Shown here piece after piece: positions 1 through 7,957 of a stretch of DNA of 24,000 bases. The notes beneath the pieces are model-generated. The model did no database searches. It was not told the origin of the DNA and worked only from the letters and a program-made list of their open reading frames with translations. Origin of the DNA: Pseudomonadota bacterium (GTDB taxonomy: Bacteria > Pseudomonadota > Gammaproteobacteria > Halothiobacillales > Halothiobacillaceae); NCBI GenBank assembly GCA_040751855.1, contig JBFMGA010000003.1, forward strand, positions 142,026 to 166,025. Direction: 5' to 3'. The number at the start of each line of letters is the position of its first letter. Position 1 is the first letter of the stretch. The position numbers and the translations under genes are program-made.

Positions 1-116
1 TCGCCACGGTTGGGCTTTTCCGCCGCGCTGCCGGGCAGAACGATGCCGCTGGCGGTGGTGAGTTCTTCTTCAACGCGCTTGATCAGCACGCGATCATGCA
101 AAGGACGAATTTTCAT
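1..116 (-). CDS. groES: Co-chaperonin GroES, first 38 codons; the gene runs off the left edge
   Basis: The reverse complement of 1-116 translates to [38 protein letters not shown]. This matches the GroES N-terminus pattern (E. coli [14 protein letters not shown]...GIVLTGSAA). A GGAG Shine-Dalgarno (plus-strand ctcc, 124-127) lies 7 nt before the ATG at 116-114. The ORF track misses it because it is truncated. Confidence 0.9.
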   Translation of the reverse strand, partial: MKIRPLHDRVLIKRVEEELTTASGIVLPGSAAEKPNRG

Positions 117-164
117 GGTTTATCTCCACCTAATCTTGGATTTGGGAACGAAATGCACCAAGAA

Positions 165-191
165 TTGGCACTCGGCACATTCGAGTGCCAA
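165..191. promoter_or_regulatory. CIRCE-type HrcA operator in the groES leader
   Basis: TTGGCACTC-N9-GAGTGCCAA is a perfect 9-bp inverted repeat. It matches the CIRCE consensus TTAGCACTC-N9-GAGTGCTAA at 16 of 18 arm positions. It sits between the candidate promoter and the groES start. Confidence 0.8.
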
Positions 192-219
192 GCATAGGGC
201 GATAAAAACGGATTTCAAG
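192..219 (-). promoter_or_regulatory. Sigma-32 (RpoH) type heat-shock promoter for groES
   Basis: The minus strand reads CTTGAAA-tccgtttttatcg-CCCTATGC, against the consensus CTTGAAA-N13/14-CCCCATNT. It lies directly upstream of the CIRCE element and groES. Confidence 0.65.
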
Positions 220-261
220 CCCAGCCAAGCGAGTCGTCTTCAATTCACCGGCACGATCTCA

Positions 262-1584
262 TCAAACCGCAACCACGGCACGCTCAAGAGCACATAAGGC
301 GCGGGAAAAAAGGTGGTCGAAGTCATTATCCTTTTGCGCATCAAACGCCGCCACGCCAACGCTCACGCTCAAAGGCATACCGAAAGGTCTCTGCATACTG
401 AGCACGCGGCGGTAACGTTCACCCACTCCTGGCGCGTCAACTGCGGCACAGTAGGGCAGGGATACGGCAAAACGAGCATCCCCCACCCGTGCGACGATGT
501 CGCTTGCGCGAGCGACCTGACGCATGGAGCGTGCGCAATCACTCAACACAGCATCTCCGGCTTCCGTGCCATATTGAGCGATGACCTCGTCCAATCCTCT
601 CATTTCCACCACGACAAGACTGAACACCCCCTTGTTGCGCCGTGCAGTCGCCAAGTATTTGTCGCTCATGGTGAACAACATGCGGCGGTTATAGACCCCG
701 GTGAGCGCGTCGCTGGACTCCAACAGCTTGATGCGCGCATGTTGCGCCTCAACCCGGATCGCCAAACGGTTGGCGATGATCAGGTTGCGCGTGCGCACGA
801 TCAGTTCCTCTTCCAGCACCGGCTTGACCACATAATCATTCACGCCCAGACGAAAAAGCTCGCGCCGACGCGAACGCTCGTCAAAACCGGTCATGGCCAG
901 GATGGGCAGGGCGTACTCCGAATAACCTTGTTGACGCAAGGCGCTGACCAAAGCCACGCCGCTCATCTTGCCTTCCAGCACAAGATCGGTAATCAGCAGA
1001 TCGTAGTTTTTATGCTTGATGGCATCCAATGCATCTTCGGCGCTGCGCTCCCAATCCACCATGAGTCCATGCTGGGTCAGCGTCTTGCGCACCACGAAGG
1101 CGACCGTGCTGGAATCTTCGACCAAGAGCACCTGCTTGCCATAGATATGCTGACCATGCGGTCCGGTGCGCTCCGTATCGCGATTGTTCAGGTAACGACT
1201 CAAAATCTCCGGCGATGTCGGTGAAAAAACCTCGGTCACGCCACACAAAAACAATGACTCCACCTGCTGAGGCACATCGCTCACCGAAGACATCATCAGA
1301 ATGGGAGCGCCATCAACCAGCGCCTCACGCAAATCCCTGATCAGCTGACAAAGACCGGGGTTGCTTGCAGACGCCGCAATGCAGCACACCGTTACGCCGA
1401 TTTCATTCGCCATGGCCGGCGCGTCTTCAAAGTTCGGACAATCCAGAGACTGATATCCGGCCTCGCGGCAAGCGGCGCGCATCACATCACGCGCCGCCCG
1501 ATCCAGCGACACCAGCAGGGCGAATTGTTGGCTGCTCACCGGCAGTGCATGCGCACCGCCCATTAAGTTCTGAGACGCTGTCAC
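262..1584 (-). CDS. Pseudo-receiver + receiver + degenerate GGDEF domain protein (PleD/PopA-like response regulator)
   Basis: The ORF is 262-1662. The second REC domain has LLVEDS, LLITDL (phospho-acceptor Asp), AMTG and VVKP. The first REC-like domain has Ala where the acceptor Asp should be (CCIAASASNPG). The C-terminal GGDEF fold (LTGVYNRR...) carries RVGDARF instead of GG(D/E)EF, and RASD (RxxD) lies 5 residues upstream. The start is uncertain. GTG at 1584 has a GGAG 8 nt upstream; alternatives are ATG 1626, ATG 1563 and TTG 1662. Confidence 0.85.
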   Translation of the reverse strand: MTASQNLMGGAHALPVSSQQFALLVSLDRAARDVMRAACREAGYQSLDCPNFEDAPAMANEIGVTVCCIAASASNPGLCQLIRDLREALVDGAPILMMSSVSDVPQQVESLFLCGVTEVFSPTSPEILSRYLNNRDTERTGPHGQHIYGKQVLLVEDSSTVAFVVRKTLTQHGLMVDWERSAEDALDAIKHKNYDLLITDLVLEGKMSGVALVSALRQQGYSEYALPILAMTGFDERSRRRELFRLGVNDYVVKPVLEEELIVRTRNLIIANRLAIRVEAQHARIKLLESSDALTGVYNRRMLFTMSDKYLATARRNKGVFSLVVVEMRGLDEVIAQYGTEAGDAVLSDCARSMRQVARASDIVARVGDARFAVSLPYCAAVDAPGVGERYRRVLSMQRPFGMPLSVSVGVAAFDAQKDNDFDHLFSRALCALERAVVAV

Positions 1585-1682
1585 GTTGCGGGCTCCATGC
1601 TGTTTTATATTGATGTGCGTGAGCATCGTACATTTTTCATCAGGCCGGAACACCCGCAGCAAAAAAATCTGAGCTTTGATCC

Positions 1683-1844
1683 GGGCGCTTCCATAAATTC
1701 GATCAAACCTGTGGATGCAAGCCGAGAATCGTCGAAAATGCAGCCTTGCTGCAGCTTCGCATGCAGCATGGGGGAACCAGATGAGCGACTTGAGCCGTTT
1801 TCTGCCGCAGCAGGCGTGACCTTTGCGAATTTTCAGAAACGCTC
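1683..1844. mobile_element. MITE-like structured repeat, copy 1 (degenerate right end)
   Basis: The left end gggcgcttccataaattcgatcaaacc matches the left end of the element at 21506 at 24 of 27 positions. Internal blocks are also shared (gcaagccRaRaaYcgKcgaaaa; ttgagcYgKtttYtg..gcagYagRcg). The right end cgaattttcagaaacgctc is a 14/19 inverted match to the left end. It is intergenic, between divergent genes. Confidence 0.55.
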
Positions 1845-1878
1845 AGCTGATTGACACAAGTCAGCAACTAAAGCTACG

Positions 1879-2724
1879 GTGCACGCCGTTGCTGGCAAAC
1901 GGATACTCCTTTTGAAGCTGCATTACGAAATTCTTGGACAAGGCGAGCCGCTCATCATCCTGCATGGCCTGTTCGGCTCATCCGCCAACTGGCGCTCCGT
2001 CGCCTCCGCCCTGTCCAGTCCTGAGCGCCCTGGGCACGGGCGCTGGCAGGTCATTCTTCCTGATCTGCGCAATCACGGCGCATCGCCGCACACCCCCGCT
2101 CACCGCTATCTGGACATGGTGAGCGACACCCTGGGGCTGATGGATGCCCTCGGGCTGCCGCGCGCCCATCTTCTCGGCCATTCCCTCGGCGGCAAAGCCG
2201 CCATGCTCATGGCCAGCCGTGCGCCGGAACGGGTGCAAAGCCTGAGCGTGGTCGATATTGCGCCGCGCGCCTATGCGCCGCTGCATCTGGAATTGTTCGC
2301 CGTGATGAACGCACTGCCGCTCAAAGAGATGCACTCACGCCCCCAGGCCGCCGAGTGGATGCGCTCGCGTCTTCCCAACCCGCAGGTACGCGAATTCCTG
2401 CTCACCAACCTTGTGCGCGATGCCGGTGGTCAGCTGTATTGGCGCATCAATCTGCCCGCACTGGAAATGGCCTATGACGACCTCAACGCCATGCCCTTCC
2501 TCGACCGCCTGTATGACGGCCCAGCGCTGTTCATTCGCGGCGGGCATTCCGATTATGTGCGTGACGCCGACCTCGGCCTGATCCGCAAGAGTTTCCCCCA
2601 AGCCTGCGTATGCAGCCTGCCGCTGGCGCACCACTGGCCGCACATCGAAGCCCCGGATGACTTTCTCAGGGCGCTGCGCAACTTCTTGCAAACCCGGTGC
2701 GAACGCCTGCCCTGTGAAGCTTGA
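1879..2724 (+). CDS. Alpha/beta-fold hydrolase (YbfF-like esterase family)
   Basis: 281-aa ORF with an oxyanion region IILHGLFGS and a nucleophile elbow GHSLGG. The overall layout resembles the YbfF/BioH-like esterases. The track start is GTG 1879; in-frame TTG 1912 (MKLHYEILGQG) is an alternative. Confidence 0.8.
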   Translation: MHAVAGKRILLLKLHYEILGQGEPLIILHGLFGSSANWRSVASALSSPERPGHGRWQVILPDLRNHGASPHTPAHRYLDMVSDTLGLMDALGLPRAHLLGHSLGGKAAMLMASRAPERVQSLSVVDIAPRAYAPLHLELFAVMNALPLKEMHSRPQAAEWMRSRLPNPQVREFLLTNLVRDAGGQLYWRINLPALEMAYDDLNAMPFLDRLYDGPALFIRGGHSDYVRDADLGLIRKSFPQACVCSLPLAHHWPHIEAPDDFLRALRNFLQTRCERLPCEA

Positions 2725-3292
2725 GCCGATCACGCTGCCTGTGCTCGCCCAAACGCCGCTGGGCGCCTACACCCAACTGAGCCTGGGCTGGCCGGACGTA
2801 CTCCCATCCCCCTTGCCTGGACAGCGCCTGCGTCTGCACGATGAGCGCGAACTCTGGCCGATGCGCGCACCGCACGCGGGTCAACTCGAAGCTCTCACAA
2901 ACGCCCCCTTTCCTGATAACGCAATCAGCCTCGCGGAACTCGTCGGCGACGCCATCCCCCTGGCTGCAGATCAAGCCTGTGTTTTAGTGGCCGAAGGTCT
3001 GGCGCTGGCTGCGTTGATCCACCTGTGCAGTACGCGACGCAAGGCTCCGGCCAACACCTTGGCTCTGTATCAAATAAGCGAACCCGCCCCCTTCCGCCCG
3101 CGACCCTCACGTTTTTTTCTGCCTGCAATGCCAGCGGGCGCCATTGCCGCCATTCCATTACTGGAAGACTGGGGCATCCCCTCACGCCTTTGCGCAGAAG
3201 ACGAACGTCCAGGATGCTTTACCGGTCGAGTGGATGAACTGGCCGCACTTCTGCCGCCGAATCCTGCGCGACGCTTACTGCACCTGCAATAA
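2714..3292 (+). CDS. Hypothetical protein, possibly a degenerate FNR/PyrK-like two-domain fold
   Basis: GC3-rich codon usage runs throughout ORF 2657-3292. GTG 2714 (VKLEPITLPV...) overlaps the upstream stop (2722-2724) by 11 nt and is the preferred start. A beta-rich N-terminal half is followed by a VLVAEGLALAALIHL segment, which resembles a decayed nucleotide-binding motif. I did not recognise any catalytic motif. Confidence 0.5.
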   Translation: MKLEPITLPVLAQTPLGAYTQLSLGWPDVLPSPLPGQRLRLHDERELWPMRAPHAGQLEALTNAPFPDNAISLAELVGDAIPLAADQACVLVAEGLALAALIHLCSTRRKAPANTLALYQISEPAPFRPRPSRFFLPAMPAGAIAAIPLLEDWGIPSRLCAEDERPGCFTGRVDELAALLPPNPARRLLHLQ

Positions 3293-3316
3293 AAAAGGCC
3301 GCCTGAAGCGACCCTT
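3291..3316 (-). terminator. Rho-independent terminator after the DUF465 gene
   Basis: The minus-strand RNA reads aaGGGUCGC-UUCAG-GCGGCCuuuuuu. This gives a 6-bp GC stem with one G-U pair, extendable by A-U pairs, followed by U6. It begins 22 nt after the stop at 3338. Confidence 0.5.
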
Positions 3317-3337
3317 GCATCACGGAATGTGTGGCGA

Positions 3338-3574
3338 TTACGCCGTCAACATGGAGTAAAGCTCGTCCTTCAGGGTCAAACGCTGCTTCTTCAGGTCTTC
3401 CAGCGTTTCGTCGGCTACCGGTGATTCATTATTTTCCAGCGCCTCAATCTGGTTGGTGGCGTTGTGATAAGCCTCAAACTGCTTGGCGAAATGCGCGTTA
3501 TCCATCTTCATCTGATGAATTTTTTCCTTGTGCTCAGGAAATTCGTGGGCGAGATCGTGATGATCGACGGTCAT
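3338..3574 (-). CDS. DUF465 (YdcH-like) small protein
   Basis: 78 aa: MTVDHHDLAHEFPEHKEKIHQMKMDNAHFAKQFEAYHNATNQIEALE.... This is the characteristic DUF465 signature (HDL..EFPE...I..LK..D..F..L..EY). A GAGGAG Shine-Dalgarno lies upstream of the ATG. Confidence 0.85.
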   Translation of the reverse strand: MTVDHHDLAHEFPEHKEKIHQMKMDNAHFAKQFEAYHNATNQIEALENNESPVADETLEDLKKQRLTLKDELYSMLTA

Positions 3575-3699
3575 GTTGTGCTCCTCATGTCAGGTTGATG
3601 AATTTAATTGTTTGGCCGCGCACAGTACACGGCCAGACCAAGGGTTTCAATCACCCATGTAAATGCTGAACAAATCAGCGTTTCCCCTATCTCCTGCTT

Positions 3700-6300
3700 T
3701 CAAGATGCCAGGCTGCGCTCGACCACTTCGCGCAATTCGGACGACAACGCGGAATGCGCCGACAACTCGTGCAAAGTGGCCTGCATCAGGCCGCGACGGT
3801 GCGCTTCAAAGCGCCGCCACTGCTGGAATGCGCCCGCCATGCGTGAGGCCACCTGCGGATTGAGCGCGTCCAGCGCCAGCACTTGCTCGGCGACGAATCG
3901 ATAGCCCGAACCATCCGCCGCATGGAAATTGACCGGGTTGTTGCGCGCAAAGCCGCCGATCAGCGCACGCGCCTTGTTGGGGTTGGTCAAATGGAACGCC
4001 GGGTGCTTGAGCAGGGCGCGCACTTCGTCCAGCGTGCCGGGCAAGGGGCTGCTGGCCTGCGTTCCGAACCATTTGTCCATCACCAGCGCCTCGTGCGCCC
4101 AGCGTTGTTCAAACTCCTGCAACACTTCGCGGCGGTCGGCGCAATCGGTATGCGCCAGGCTCAACAGGGCGGCCATTTCGTCGGTCATGTTGCCGCCCAC
4201 GCGGAATTGGTGCGTAGCCAGCGCATGGTGCGCGCTGTTGTCCAGCGTCATCAAAAAGCCCAGTGCCAGATTTTTCAGCCGACGCTTGCCCACTGCCTCG
4301 GGCGTGACCTGATATTCGCCGCTCTCTTGCTGCGCGTAATACACGGCAAGCCAGCTTTCTTCCCAGGCTTCGGCCAGCGCTCGGCGCAGGAAGCGGCGCG
4401 CCTGATGAATCGCCAGCGGGTCAACCTCATCCATTTGCTCCGCCAGCCAGGCTTCGCTCGGCACCATGAGCAGGTCAGCCTTCATGCGGGCACTCAGGTT
4501 TTTATCATGCAGGGCATGACCAAAGGCCGCGCTCAAGCCTTCATCCAGCACCAGCTCGTTCTCCGCCTGCACATCGGCCACCAGACGCAGCAGCACCTGG
4601 GTCATCAGGCGCTGCCCAGCTTCCCAGCGGTTGAAGTCATCGCCATCGTGCGCCATCAAAAACGCCAGCTCGGCATCGCTGTAGGCGAATTTCAGGTGCA
4701 CCGGCGCGGAAAAGCCGCGCAGCAGGGAGGGCACGGGCGGCGTATCCACGCCGTCGAACACGAAACTCTGCGCCTGTTGATTCAGCTCCAGCACCTGCGC
4801 CGTCATTTCCTTGCCATGCTTATCCAGCAAGGCCATGTCGATGGGAATAACCATCGGCAGCTTTTCCATCTGCCCCGGTGTGGGCGGGGTAGACTGGCGC
4901 AGGTGCAGGGTGTAGCGCCGCGCCGTGGCGTCGTACTCGCCCGCCGCTTCGACCAAGGGCGTTCCCGCCTGGCGATACCAAAGACGGAACTGGCTCAAGT
5001 CGCGCCCGGAAGCGTCTTCCATCGCCTTGACGAATTCCTCGATGGTCACGGCCTGACCGTCATGGCGGACAAAATACAGGTCGCTGCCTTGGCGGAAAGT
5101 CGGCCAACCGAGCAGATTCTTCAACATGCGCACCACTTCCGCGCCCTTGTTGTACACCGTGCTGGTGTAGAAATTACTGATCGCCTGGTACTCGGCGGGC
5201 TGCACCGGATGCGCCAAAGGCCCGGCGTCTTCGGCAAACTGCCAGGTGCGCAGACCGTTGACATCCTTGATGCGCTGCGTAGCGCGTGCGCCCATGTCGG
5301 CGGAAAACTCCTGGTCACGGAATACGGTGAAGCCCTCTTTCAACGAAAGCTGGAACCAGTCGCGGCAGGTGACGCGGTCGCCCGACCAGTTGTGGAAGTA
5401 TTCGTGCGCAATCACGCTTTCGATGCCTTCATAATCCAGGTCAGTCGCCACTTCCGGGCGCGCCAGCACATAGCTGGCATTGAAAATGTTCAATCCCTTG
5501 TTCTCCATCGCTCCGGCGTTGAAGTCTTCCACCGCCACCACCATGAAACGCTCCAGATCGTATTCACGGCCATAGGTGTCTTCGTCCCAGCGCATGGCCT
5601 TGTGGATGGATTGCATGGCGTGCCCCAGCTTGTCCACATTGCGCGCTTCGGCATAAATCTCCAGAGCCACGTTTTTGCCGCTCATGGTGATGAAGTTTTC
5701 ACGCAGCACGCCCAACTCCCCCGCCACCAGCGCATATAAATAGGTCGGTTTGGGGAAAGGATCGAACCAGGTCGCCTGGGTGCGTCCATCCTCAAGAGCT
5801 TTTTCCTCGACGAAATTGCCATTGGAAAGCAGCACGGGATAACGCTCAGGGTCAGCAATCAGATGCGTGGTGTACACCGAAAGCACGTCCGGGCGATCCA
5901 GGCTGTACATCATGCGGCGGAAGCCTTCGGCCTCGCACTGGGTGACGAGAATCCCCTTGGACACATACAACCCCATGCCCGTGGTATTGGCCGCCGGATG
6001 GATGCGCGTGCTCATGCTGAGGGTAAAACGTGCGGGAGGACGATGCAGGATCAGACCGCTGTCATGCACGCTGAATGCGCTCGGCTCAAGCGGCACATCG
6101 TCCAGCGCAATACGCACCAGCTCCAGGCATTCGCCCTGCAACTCCAGCGCGCTTTCCGCCTCGCTCACCCGCTCGCAGTGCATGAGCGCATGGACATGGG
6201 TCGCATCCGCATCCAGTTCAAAAGTCAGGCTGATGGCAGGAATGCGCCATGCAGGCGACTGATAATCCACAAGGCGGACGGTGTGATGGGCGGTACTCAT
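3700..6300 (-). CDS. pepN: Aminopeptidase N (M1 family zinc metallopeptidase)
   Basis: 866 aa with a GAMEN exopeptidase motif (NAGAMENKGLNIF) and the zinc site HEYFHNWSGDRVTCRDWFQLSLKEG (HExxH-18-E). Length and N-terminus are colinear with E. coli PepN. Confidence 0.95.
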   Translation of the reverse strand: MSTAHHTVRLVDYQSPAWRIPAISLTFELDADATHVHALMHCERVSEAESALELQGECLELVRIALDDVPLEPSAFSVHDSGLILHRPPARFTLSMSTRIHPAANTTGMGLYVSKGILVTQCEAEGFRRMMYSLDRPDVLSVYTTHLIADPERYPVLLSNGNFVEEKALEDGRTQATWFDPFPKPTYLYALVAGELGVLRENFITMSGKNVALEIYAEARNVDKLGHAMQSIHKAMRWDEDTYGREYDLERFMVVAVEDFNAGAMENKGLNIFNASYVLARPEVATDLDYEGIESVIAHEYFHNWSGDRVTCRDWFQLSLKEGFTVFRDQEFSADMGARATQRIKDVNGLRTWQFAEDAGPLAHPVQPAEYQAISNFYTSTVYNKGAEVVRMLKNLLGWPTFRQGSDLYFVRHDGQAVTIEEFVKAMEDASGRDLSQFRLWYRQAGTPLVEAAGEYDATARRYTLHLRQSTPPTPGQMEKLPMVIPIDMALLDKHGKEMTAQVLELNQQAQSFVFDGVDTPPVPSLLRGFSAPVHLKFAYSDAELAFLMAHDGDDFNRWEAGQRLMTQVLLRLVADVQAENELVLDEGLSAAFGHALHDKNLSARMKADLLMVPSEAWLAEQMDEVDPLAIHQARRFLRRALAEAWEESWLAVYYAQQESGEYQVTPEAVGKRRLKNLALGFLMTLDNSAHHALATHQFRVGGNMTDEMAALLSLAHTDCADRREVLQEFEQRWAHEALVMDKWFGTQASSPLPGTLDEVRALLKHPAFHLTNPNKARALIGGFARNNPVNFHAADGSGYRFVAEQVLALDALNPQVASRMAGAFQQWRRFEAHRRGLMQATLHELSAHSALSSELREVVERSLAS

Positions 6301-6429
6301 GCGGCAGGACTCATGACTGAAAATGGGCGTTCAGTATAGTTGCAAAGCGTGGCGGTGACGTTGCGTTTGCACCGCGCGAGTGCGAAACCGATAATCCCCG
6401 CCCCTTGCAATAACGATGACTATGCCGCC

Positions 6430-7380
6430 ATGTGGTTTCGCTCACTCTCTCTGTTTCCGCTGAATGCCGCCCTGCCCTTTGACCTGGACAGCTTGGAAAG
6501 CGCCTTGGCCGCCAAACCCTTCCGCCCCTGCGGCACGCTGGAGCTTGCCAGTCATGGCTTTGAACCCACCCTGGGGCATCAGGCGCAGGCCTATGTTCAC
6601 GCCCGCGAAGACGTATGGACGCTGCGCTGGGTGATGGAAGAAAAGAAACTGCCCGCAGGTTATGTGCGCGAACAACTCGCCGACCAGATACGCGAATTTG
6701 AACAACGCGAAGGCCACGCCCCCGGCTCCAGGGAAAAGAAGGATCTGCGCGAAGGCATTGAGCACGCGCTTTTGCCGCGCCTGATCCCGCGTCGGCGTCG
6801 CCTGTTCGCCAGCATCGACAGCCAGAGCGGCTGGGTCATCGTCGATTCGGCCTCCGAAAAGAGCGCCGAGAGCCTGCTCTCCGCCGTGCGCGAAGCCACC
6901 GGCACCCTGCCCGTCAGCCGCTGGAAAACCAGCAACGACTGGGCGAGCCTGATGACCCACTGGCTGCAAAGCCAAGAACTGCCAGAAGGATTTGAGCTTG
7001 ACCAAACCTGCCAGCTTGCCGCCCCCGATGACGAGGGCGGCACCGCCACCCTGCGCAAGCACGACCTGACCTGCGAGGAAGTGAAAACCCACCTCGCCTC
7101 GGGCAAGCAAGTCACCCGTCTCGGCCTGATCTGGCGCGAACGCATGAGTTTCGTGCTCGATGCCCAGGGCGTACTACGCAGCCTGCGCCCCACCGACACC
7201 CTGGTCGAAACCCTGGAAAGCGATCACGACGACATGCTGGAACAAATGGATCAGACCCTTGCCCTGCAAAACCTGACCTTGCGGCCCTTGGTTGTTAACC
7301 TCAACAAAGCGCTCGGCGGCCAGTCTCTATCCAAACCGAGCGCAACCGCCAGCGACACATCAACCGAAGCCCCCTTCTGA
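6430..7380 (+). CDS. rdgC: Recombination-associated protein RdgC
   Basis: The in-frame ATG at 6430 gives MWFRSLSLFPLNAALPF..., the typical RdgC N-terminus (MWFKNL...). The product is 316 aa. The 30 codons upstream in the track ORF (from 6340) look non-native. Confidence 0.85.
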   Translation: MWFRSLSLFPLNAALPFDLDSLESALAAKPFRPCGTLELASHGFEPTLGHQAQAYVHAREDVWTLRWVMEEKKLPAGYVREQLADQIREFEQREGHAPGSREKKDLREGIEHALLPRLIPRRRRLFASIDSQSGWVIVDSASEKSAESLLSAVREATGTLPVSRWKTSNDWASLMTHWLQSQELPEGFELDQTCQLAAPDDEGGTATLRKHDLTCEEVKTHLASGKQVTRLGLIWRERMSFVLDAQGVLRSLRPTDTLVETLESDHDDMLEQMDQTLALQNLTLRPLVVNLNKALGGQSLSKPSATASDTSTEAPF

Positions 7381-7384
7381 AAGG

Positions 7385-7903
7385 TCAGAAAATGATGTAG
7401 GCATAACCTTCCTGCTGCAGCTCGATCAAGCGCGTATAGGCATCAAACACGATCTTGACATCGGGAAGCAGCATGTCATGCGTCCAACCGTAGCCGCGCA
7501 GGGTGACGTTGCAGACCTCGACCTTGACCCCGAGCGCGTTCAGGTCGTGGATGATTTTGGCGTTGGTATTCACCGCAAACGGATCGCTCTGCGTGGTTTG
7601 GAAAGCCTCGTCCTTCAACGCCCAATACGCCGTCGGCCCGTGCAGCACGATATGAATATCCAGCTTGGAAGGCTCGACGCCCTGCTTTTTATAGGACTCG
7701 ATCAAGCCGCGCACGTAGTACAGCGACTTGCCGATCCCAGCTTGCCACTCATCTTTGCGTGCGTCGTAAACGGCCTTGATGCCTTGCTTATTCTGGATTT
7801 GCATAACCGGTCGCTGCGACGACGCCTCCACAGAGGCGGCCTGGCCGAGGTTCGCCGCAAACAGAGCCAACGTTACACATCCCGCAATCAAGAAACTGCG
7901 CAT
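7385..7903 (-). CDS. Secreted DsrE/DsrF-like family protein
   Basis: The internal ATG at 7903 is preceded by a GGGGG Shine-Dalgarno and gives 172 aa. The Sec signal peptide is MRSFLIAGCVTLALFAANLGQA|AS. A DsrE-like fold follows (IHIVLHGPTAYWAL, VKVEVCNVTL, ...EGYAYIIF). The longer track ORF (to 8476) reads through a palindromic repeat and is rejected. Confidence 0.8.
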   Translation of the reverse strand: MRSFLIAGCVTLALFAANLGQAASVEASSQRPVMQIQNKQGIKAVYDARKDEWQAGIGKSLYYVRGLIESYKKQGVEPSKLDIHIVLHGPTAYWALKDEAFQTTQSDPFAVNTNAKIIHDLNALGVKVEVCNVTLRGYGWTHDMLLPDVKIVFDAYTRLIELQQEGYAYIIF

Positions 7904-7957
7904 TACACACCCCCACATGCCTTGACAAGACTCACCCAAGCACGAGCTTTCAGATGC

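Noticed and set aside
313-1224. 303-aa plus-strand ORF
   Set aside because: It is antisense to the REC-REC-GGDEF gene, which has clear domain signatures. The composition is that of a shadow frame.
3618-3645. Hairpin tggccg-N11-cggcca downstream of pepN, considered as its terminator
   Set aside because: The stem is 6 bp with an 11-nt loop and no U-tract follows on the minus strand. It is too weak to call an intrinsic terminator.
3883-5739. 618-aa plus-strand ORF, with nested ORFs 3929-4312 and 5246-5434
   Set aside because: It is entirely antisense to pepN, whose motifs (GAMEN, HExxH-18-E) are unambiguous. The translation is Arg/Ala/His/Gln-rich and low in complexity, which is typical of stop-poor antisense frames in high-GC DNA.
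6350-6364. Sigma-54-like -24/-12 element TGGCGG-N5-TTGC upstream of rdgC
   Set aside because: The GG-N10-GC spacing is correct, but the flanking consensus bases are weak. rdgC has no known RpoN dependence and no enhancer-binding protein gene is nearby. This is likely a chance match in GC-rich DNA.
6340-6429. 5' extension of the rdgC ORF starting at 6340
   Set aside because: RdgC family proteins begin MWF..., which matches the ATG at 6430. The extension would place the start 39 nt from the divergent pepN start and adds a non-conserved-looking peptide.
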